DNA from: Mycobacteriales bacterium
GTDB lineage: Bacteria; Actinomycetota; Actinomycetes; JAFAQI01
Length of the DNA: 64,000 nt
Direction: 5' to 3'
Assembly (NCBI GenBank): GCA_036267755.1
Contig: DATAVK010000137.1
Location: 1,513 to 65,512, forward strand
The notes under the pieces were generated by a model that was not told where the DNA came from, did not search any database, and saw only the letters and a list, made by a program, of their open reading frames with translations. Position numbers and translations under genes: made by a program. Within the stretch, counting starts at the first letter, position 1. Every line of letters starts with the position of its first letter. Below are positions 56,244-62,521 of this stretch, piece after piece.

Positions 56244-57101
56244 TCATGTTCGGTGGCGCAGGGTGAGTGCTCCGCCCGCTGCAATGACGACCGCGAGAGC
56301 GATCACGATCCCGAGGTTTCGGCCAGTGTGCGACGGGCCCGACGACGCGGCCGAGGACGTCGCACCGGACGCGTCGGGCGAGTTGGACGCAGAGACTGCG
56401 CTGGCACCCGCCGACTGCGTTGCGCCGGGGTCCGGAGCCGCCGTCCCGTCGGCCCCGGGCTGTTGGGTCGCTCCCGGCGTTGGCTTGACCTTGAAGTCCT
56501 TCTTGGGAAGCGTCAGCGTCTCGACCGACACCGACGAGCCCGAGGTCGAGCAGTCCGCCGGTCCGGGACTGAGCTGAGTCCACCGCCCATTGCTGACCCG
56601 GAGGTACGTCGCGTCGTAGAGAATCGAGTACGGCGGTTGTTTCGGAGATCCAAGATAGATCCGGAGCTGAATCAGTCCCAGCGGCGAGAGTGGATAGTCC
56701 CCGAAATAGCTTGCGAGCGACTCGTCGATGACTGTCGCGGCCGCCATCGGATGCGACGGGTTGGTGTACCTCGCCGACGCGGTCAACTGCTCACCGCTCC
56801 AATCGCCAGGCGGCACTTGCGGTCGCGGTTGGTAGGCGAACAGCGTCGCGGTTCCCCCCTCGCCGTAACCCTTCGGCGCGGCCGTGGTGTCCACGGCCCG
56901 CCACACCACCGGCTTTGCCGAGATCGAGCCGGAGGTGATCTGCTGCCCGTTCTGGCCACACAGCGTGATTGCTCCTACCGCCGAAGAGTCGGCCGGAGGA
57001 GCGCCAGCGGCGGCGGCGGCCGGTGCCATGAAACTGACGGCGCTCACCAGGCCGGCCGATAGCACAACCCCTGCGCCCACCATCCGGCGGCTGCTCCTCA
57101 T
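56244..57101 (-). CDS. Cell-wall-sorted surface protein: shared N-terminal domain + Ser/Ala/Gly linker + PSHTG sorting signal
   Basis: 285-aa ORF with a signal peptide. The C-terminus is GPSHTG-RN-LGIVIALAVVIAAGGALTL-RHRT, that is motif, hydrophobic helix, then basic tail. The ATG overlaps the upstream stop (ATGA 57098-57101). Confidence 0.7.
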   Translation of the reverse strand: MRSSRRMVGAGVVLSAGLVSAVSFMAPAAAAAGAPPADSSAVGAITLCGQNGQQITSGSISAKPVVWRAVDTTAAPKGYGEGGTATLFAYQPRPQVPPGDWSGEQLTASARYTNPSHPMAAATVIDESLASYFGDYPLSPLGLIQLRIYLGSPKQPPYSILYDATYLRVSNGRWTQLSPGPADCSTSGSSVSVETLTLPKKDFKVKPTPGATQQPGADGTAAPDPGATQSAGASAVSASNSPDASGATSSAASSGPSHTGRNLGIVIALAVVIAAGGALTLRHRT

Positions 57102-58195
57102 GTCCTGACTCCCTGCGGCTTGGCGAGGTCACGGGATGGCTCCACTGGCCGCTTGCGTCGCCGCCGACGCGCGTAACCCCAAGCCAAGCCGAGAATCAGG
57201 AGCAGCAGGACAACGAGCAATATCCACGGGATGGCCAGGAAGTGAACGCTGGCGGTCACCGGGTGCAGTCCCGGATCGACCTGCCCCTGCAGGCCCGTCG
57301 TGTCGACCGTCACCTTGGCCGACATCCAGACTTCGGGGTAGACACCGGGCACCTTCACGGTGACGGGGTACGACGCGCCAGGCAGCAGCGCGGGGACGTC
57401 CGCGACGTGGGCCGCGGTGACCGACTCACCGAACAAGCCGTGCACGGTCACCGTCTGTGGTCCGCCGAGGATCACGTTGCCCCCGTTGTGCACGGTGTAG
57501 GTCACGGTGGCCTGACCCTTTGCGAACGGGTCGATGGGCCCGCGGTAACTGGCATGCAGCTGTTGGACGCTCAGCTGCGGATGCAGCGGACCAGTGACTC
57601 GGAAGAGGGCCTTTACGGCGATTCGCTGGTCGAACTTGACCTTCTGCTTGCTCCCCTGCCCGAAGCTTCCGGCGATGCGCCCACTCAGCGACACGACGAC
57701 CGCGCCGACGTGGTCGCCGGGTGGGGCGTTGCGCGGAACCGCAACGTGTACCGGCACGATGACTGTCGAGCGTGGCTTGACGGTGATGCGCCCAGACCCT
57801 CCCGGCGTTCCCACCGCCAGCCAGGCGCCCGCTTGCTTGCGCGGTGCCGACGGCGCGGCGTAAGCGATGGTCCCGTTCGCAGCAGCCACCGCGTCGACCG
57901 GGTAGACCTGCAGCGTCTCTGGCTTGTAACTGATGTTGAGGATCGCCAGGTGATCCGTGAGCCGTCCTCCTGGCGTGGTGCCGAAGGTGAAGTAGGGCCG
58001 GCCGTCGACGCCCAGGACCTTCTTCCCGTGGACCAGCTTCTCGCTCGCCGGGGCCGCCCCGAACGTGGCGTTGACGGTCCGCTTTCCCGCGTGCGGAGCC
58101 GCCTGGCTGGGCGCGGCCGCGATGACGGTGGCGCCGAGAGCCACTGAGACAGCGAAGGCTTTCGCGAAGCGTCGCACGTAGTAGGCCAATCTCAA
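57098..58195 (-). CDS. DUF916-like cell-surface protein with DUF3324-like C-terminal domain and TM anchor (CscA-like)
   Basis: 365-aa ORF with a TTG start at 58195 (or GTG at 58177) and a signal peptide. It has YFTFGTTPGGRLTDHLAILN, VPRNAPPGDHVGAVVV and VTYTVHNGGNVILGG. The C-terminal TM is IPWILLVVLLLLILGLAWGY followed by RRRRRKR. Confidence 0.75.
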   Translation of the reverse strand: MRLAYYVRRFAKAFAVSVALGATVIAAAPSQAAPHAGKRTVNATFGAAPASEKLVHGKKVLGVDGRPYFTFGTTPGGRLTDHLAILNISYKPETLQVYPVDAVAAANGTIAYAAPSAPRKQAGAWLAVGTPGGSGRITVKPRSTVIVPVHVAVPRNAPPGDHVGAVVVSLSGRIAGSFGQGSKQKVKFDQRIAVKALFRVTGPLHPQLSVQQLHASYRGPIDPFAKGQATVTYTVHNGGNVILGGPQTVTVHGLFGESVTAAHVADVPALLPGASYPVTVKVPGVYPEVWMSAKVTVDTTGLQGQVDPGLHPVTASVHFLAIPWILLVVLLLLILGLAWGYARRRRRKRPVEPSRDLAKPQGVRT

Positions 58196-58211
58196 TCAGT
58201 GAGGGCATGAG

Positions 58212-58252
58212 CCGGTGGGCTGGGACAGAAACTGCCTGTCCCAGCCCACCGG
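58212..58252 (-). terminator. Strong hairpin terminator after the WxL-like gene
   Basis: There is a 17-bp perfect stem, ccggtgggctgggacag (58212-58228) / ctgtcccagcccaccgg (58236-58252), with a 7-nt loop. It lies 28 nt downstream of the stop at 58280. Confidence 0.65.
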
Positions 58253-58279
58253 ATGGAGCTCAGTAGCGATACCGCCCGG

Positions 58280-60049
58280 TCAGTCGCTGACCGTGAACAG
58301 GATCGTTCCTGTGTAGGTACCCGACGCGGTCGACGTCGGCGCGTTGAGCGTGAGCACGCCGTCGTAGGTCGCGGTTCCCTCGCCACCGGCAGAGCCGCCG
58401 AGGACGGGGTGGGAGATGCCGCCACCGAGACCGGCGGAACCCGGGTCACTGACCGGGACACCGTTCGCGGCGTTGTTGTCCTGCGCTGACACCGAACCGT
58501 TGTAGCTGTTGACCGGCGTGGAACCGTCCGGGCAGGCAGCCGTGCTCTTCGAGATCTGACTCAGGCCGACGTTCTCAGGGTTGATGGTCGTGACGGCGGT
58601 CGCCGGCTGGCTCGGGTTCCCACTACCCGGAACCTGCGACAGCTGGTTGGCCTCGGCGGAAGCCGCGAACGGTGATCCACCGGAGGTCATGTCAGTGACC
58701 GTGATGCACTGGAACGTCGCGTGACCGGTCCAGAAGGTGCCGTCCGAGCTCAGCGCCAGCGTGCCCACGTCCAACGGCTTGGTGTCCGTGTACGGGGTGC
58801 TGATGACCAATGTGCCCGGCGGGATCTCACCCTGGATGGTCTGGGTGTCCGAGCATGCGGACCCGGTGGCGGCGCAGGCGCCGGTCGCCGGGGTCGAGGT
58901 GATGAAGGTCACCGGCTGCGACTGCGACGAGTTGAAGTCGGCCGTGTCGGTCGGGGTGAACTTCGCGACCACAGAGTGCGATCCTGCGGCGAAACCACCC
59001 GGCAGCGAGAAGGTGTATGGCCCTCCGCCTGTGGTGGTCACGGTCGTCGTGCCGAGGGCCGTGGTGCTGGAGCCGTCGAAGAACGACACGCTGCCGGCCT
59101 GGGAGACGCTTCCGCTCAATGTCGCCGCAGTGCCAGTTGTCGTGTTGCCCGAGATGGTCAGCGTTGTCGTGGTCGGCGTCTTCGCTGCCTGAACGACCTG
59201 GCTCACGGTCCCGAATGATCCCGAGAAGTCCGCCGTGTCGGTCGGGGTGAACGTTGCCTTGACCGCGTGCGTGCCGACGGCCAGAGTGCTCGTGGCGAAC
59301 GTCGCCACCCCACTGCCGGAGACGGGAACCGGGCTACCCGAGTTCGTCCCGTCCACCGAGAACTGCACCGAACCAGCCTGGTGCGTGGCGCCGGAGGACT
59401 CCGTCGCGGTGAAGGTGACGTTGTCACCCGAAGTCGACGGGTTCTCCGACGAGGTCAGGCTGGTCTGGGTAGAGCTGGCCACCGCGGGGAACACCTGGGT
59501 CCAGGTGCTGCCGCTGACAGAAATGTCGGACGACCAGTACGTGCCGCTCGTCCCGGTCTTGACCCGCACCTGGTAGAGGCCGGCATAGCCGTCCGTCGTC
59601 GAGGTGTCGGTGTTCGGGTTGTCAGCGATGTAGTCCGACAGGTCCTCATCCGTTGCCGCCCCGGTCACGACCGGGTTCGAGCCCTCACCGTTGATCGGTG
59701 CCGGAGCAGAGGTGTTCGGGTACGTCGTGGACAGCGAGGACTGCTCACCGGTCCAGGCGCTCGGGGCAATCCCGTTCTTCGGGGTGTAGAAGTACAGCGT
59801 CGCCTTGGTGTGACCCGCGTCGGCGGACGAAGCGACTGTGTACGCCGCGATCGGCGCGTCGGTGATCGAGCCAGACGTGATCTGGGTGCCACTGGAGTTG
59901 TAGAACGCCAAGGTGCCGATCTCGTTCGGGTCGGTGCCCTCGAAGGGGGGTGCGGCCGCATTGGCCGCACCCGCCCCGACGAGGAGCATCGCCCCGGTCA
60001 TGGTCAGGGTTGCGGCCCCGGCCATGACTGTTGCGAAGCGCATCTTCAT
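58280..60049 (-). CDS. Secreted surface protein: shared N-terminal domain + Ig-like repeats + C-terminal WxL-like domain (CscB/C-like)
   Basis: 589-aa ORF with a signal peptide (GAGAANA|AAPP). It has two or three Ig-like repeats (GSVQFSVDG...GTHAVKATFTPTDTADF; GSVSFFDG...GSHSVVAKFTPTDTADF). The C-terminal ~200 aa show WxL-domain hallmarks (GTLVISTP...LDVGTL, ITVTDMTSG, final GTYTGTILFTVSD), but the WxL tripeptides themselves are degenerate. Confidence 0.75.
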   Translation of the reverse strand: MKMRFATVMAGAATLTMTGAMLLVGAGAANAAAPPFEGTDPNEIGTLAFYNSSGTQITSGSITDAPIAAYTVASSADAGHTKATLYFYTPKNGIAPSAWTGEQSSLSTTYPNTSAPAPINGEGSNPVVTGAATDEDLSDYIADNPNTDTSTTDGYAGLYQVRVKTGTSGTYWSSDISVSGSTWTQVFPAVASSTQTSLTSSENPSTSGDNVTFTATESSGATHQAGSVQFSVDGTNSGSPVPVSGSGVATFATSTLAVGTHAVKATFTPTDTADFSGSFGTVSQVVQAAKTPTTTTLTISGNTTTGTAATLSGSVSQAGSVSFFDGSSTTALGTTTVTTTGGGPYTFSLPGGFAAGSHSVVAKFTPTDTADFNSSQSQPVTFITSTPATGACAATGSACSDTQTIQGEIPPGTLVISTPYTDTKPLDVGTLALSSDGTFWTGHATFQCITVTDMTSGGSPFAASAEANQLSQVPGSGNPSQPATAVTTINPENVGLSQISKSTAACPDGSTPVNSYNGSVSAQDNNAANGVPVSDPGSAGLGGGISHPVLGGSAGGEGTATYDGVLTLNAPTSTASGTYTGTILFTVSD

Positions 60050-60135
60050 GTCTCTCCCTATGTGGTGGTGCTGGAAGTGGTTCTCGGTCGTGCGCAGATT
60101 GAGCAGGCCGTGCTAGTTCAGGGCTCAGGCATCCA

Positions 60136-61347
60136 CTAGCAGCTCGTGGGGTTGACCCCACAGTCCTTGTAGCCACCGGTGGCTCCGGCGGCGGCGACCA
60201 GTGCCTGGCCGGGAGCGCTCTTGAAGTACGGCGTGCCCGCACTCGAGGAGAAGAGCGTCTGCCACAGGTTCTTGGCGATGCCGGGCTGGAACGGGGTCGA
60301 GCTCGACAGGTCCTTCTGCTTGAACACGATGAACAAGCCCCGGTTGTCGTCGTAGGCGACATTCGGCGCGGTCGAGCCGGTCGGAACCGGTCCGAGCACG
60401 GTGCCGGTGTCCATCTTGATTCCAGGACTGAGTGCAGCCCCGCCCGGGAAGGCAGTTGCCGGGTCGTGGAAGTAGCCGCTGTTGTACAGCGCCAACCGAC
60501 TGCCGGAGAACGGCACGATGGCGTCTGCGGCAGGCCCGAAGTTGCCGGAGGTGATGGCGGTCGGGTCGTTCTCCTCCGACGTCTTGACGCAGCCGCCGAG
60601 GGTGATGGTGCTCTGGCCCGCAGCGGTCTCGATGTCTGAGAGGAAGCTGCTTCGGGTGCCGGACCCGGCCTGCGGGATGATCGGGTCGATGGAGTCGCTG
60701 GACGAACCGCCGATACCCGAGTCATTCCAGTGGGTGAAGCCGGCGTCGCACTGGTACACGTGGTAGAGCTGCGCCGCAGACAGCGGCACCGCGTTGGAAC
60801 CGGTCTTCAACTCGGCCAGCTGGAGGTCCTCCGAACCGAGCTTGACGACGTGAAGGCCGCCGAAGCCGGCGGTTCCTGCAGCCGTCTCCTCGGCACCGGT
60901 CGGGAGCCGCGATGCCCGGACGTAGCTGATCTCGCCATCGGGAAACGCGGTCGTGTTGGCGTCGGCGAGTAGCGCCGCGATGCCGGCGCCCGAGCCGTTG
61001 GGACGCTGGACCGGGTTGGTCCCGGCGCGCAGCACGATCGTCGGGTTGAGCGGAAGCAGCGTCGCGTTCGTGCTGCCGTTGAGGTAGCCGGCACGAGCGT
61101 TGGCGTCCGGTGTCGCGTCGAAGCTCACCAGCTTGTTCACGTTCCCCGCGCTGTTGTAGCCGAGGTCGCCGCCCGTGTCGCCGTCCGCCCCGAAGTCCAT
61201 CAGGTACTGGACTGTGTCCGAGCCGACGCCGACGGCGTCGGCTGCTGAGGGGGCGTAGTCGGCGTGCGCCGGCGCTGCCATCGCGAAAGTCATCGCTCCG
61301 GCTGCGGCGGTGGCGAGGCCGACTCGCACCTTGGTCTTCATGCGCAT
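60136..61347 (-). CDS. Secreted PstS-fold (type-2 periplasmic binding protein, PBP_like_2) protein
   Basis: ORF 60136..61455 trimmed to the ATG at 61347, with ggaagg upstream. It has a signal peptide (AMAAPAHA|D) and PstS-like motifs GVGSDTVQYL, RPNGSGAGIAAL and PQAGSGTRSSF. There are four Cys. Confidence 0.7.
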   Translation of the reverse strand: MRMKTKVRVGLATAAAGAMTFAMAAPAHADYAPSAADAVGVGSDTVQYLMDFGADGDTGGDLGYNSAGNVNKLVSFDATPDANARAGYLNGSTNATLLPLNPTIVLRAGTNPVQRPNGSGAGIAALLADANTTAFPDGEISYVRASRLPTGAEETAAGTAGFGGLHVVKLGSEDLQLAELKTGSNAVPLSAAQLYHVYQCDAGFTHWNDSGIGGSSSDSIDPIIPQAGSGTRSSFLSDIETAAGQSTITLGGCVKTSEENDPTAITSGNFGPAADAIVPFSGSRLALYNSGYFHDPATAFPGGAALSPGIKMDTGTVLGPVPTGSTAPNVAYDDNRGLFIVFKQKDLSSSTPFQPGIAKNLWQTLFSSSAGTPYFKSAPGQALVAAAGATGGYKDCGVNPTSC

Positions 61348-61528
61348 GTGTGTGCCTTCCGTGGGTCTGTTGGTGTGCGCCTGGCGAGGTGACAATCGCG
61401 GATCCAAACCGCTACAAGGCGGTGCTTGGATGAACCGCGGATGAACCTGTCCCATCGGGCCACGGCGAACAGGACATCCCGGCGCGGGCGAGCGTCGTAG
61501 ACCGCCCCAAATGGGGGCAGAACCAGGC

Positions 61529-62521
61529 TCAGACCAGATTGGGGAGCAGCCGCAATGTCTCGCTGCTGATCAGCCAGAGCACCACAAGAACGAGCGGGGC
61601 GCCGGCCAGCCAGGCCTGCCACCTGCCCCACCGCGCATTAGCCCAGACAACCCCTGCAGCAACGAGCAGCAGGACCTGTAGCCAGAGCACGAGCGGCACG
61701 AGACCGCCGGTGTCCGAGTGCATCTCCGTCGCGGAGGTCGCGATCGTTGTGGGACGCCCGGACGGAGCCGGTTGCACGTGGCCCTTCATCGTCGCGTCGA
61801 CGAAAACCGGGCTACCGGGTGCCCACCCGCTGCGCCAGCCGCTGCCGCGTGAGGTGACCAGCGTGAGCCGGCTCGCGGTCGCCGCCAACGTCGGCGGAAG
61901 TGGGTCGCCGTTGCCGCGAACGTCGGTGACCGTATAGGTGAAGACTCCCTGGCCGGTCGTGACCGTTATCGGGTCGCCGACATGCAACGACGCTACGTGT
62001 CGGAAGGGTGCACCGAACGTCACGCTGCGGCCCATGACGACCGACACCCCGGCCTGGCCCGGAAGGGCGGTGTTCTGCTGATGGCCGGGGCCATCGCGCA
62101 TGACACCGGCCGTCGTGCCTTCGACGACGACGACGCGCCTGAGCCCGGCTTCGGGGGCGGTCATCACCGCAATCGGCGTGCCAGGCTCGATCGCCCCGCC
62201 GAAGGGCGCGACCTCCTCGGCAAGGGATTGCCGAATCGAGGCGTACAGCCGGTGCTGCGCGCTGCGCTCCTGGATCGCACTCAGTCCGATGGCGTAAACC
62301 AGCAGCCAGATCGCGATCAGACTCAGCATGGCCAGTGCGGTCACGACCGTCGTGGCCAGCGCCGAGGGTGGTGGCAGCGCATCCCCGCCGCGAGGCGGTG
62401 CCACCCAGTGCCTCACCCGGCCCGCGATCAGCCGCCAGCGTGGCTGCTGCTGCTCCGGAGCGGGATTGGGGCTGACATCGCCACTCACGGTCGTCGGCCG
62501 CGAGGTCTCGGTCGTGGTCAC
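61529..62521 (-). CDS. Sortase-fold (class E-like) membrane protein lacking the catalytic Cys and His
   Basis: 330-aa ORF with a GTG start overlapping the upstream stop (GTGA). It has an N-terminal TM and the class E-like core GPGHQQNTALPGQAGVSVVMGRSVTFGAPF...GDPITVTT...FTYTVT...RLTLVTS, plus two C-terminal TM helices. The protein has no Cys. Confidence 0.75.
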   Translation of the reverse strand: MTTTETSRPTTVSGDVSPNPAPEQQQPRWRLIAGRVRHWVAPPRGGDALPPPSALATTVVTALAMLSLIAIWLLVYAIGLSAIQERSAQHRLYASIRQSLAEEVAPFGGAIEPGTPIAVMTAPEAGLRRVVVVEGTTAGVMRDGPGHQQNTALPGQAGVSVVMGRSVTFGAPFRHVASLHVGDPITVTTGQGVFTYTVTDVRGNGDPLPPTLAATASRLTLVTSRGSGWRSGWAPGSPVFVDATMKGHVQPAPSGRPTTIATSATEMHSDTGGLVPLVLWLQVLLLVAAGVVWANARWGRWQAWLAGAPLVLVVLWLISSETLRLLPNLV

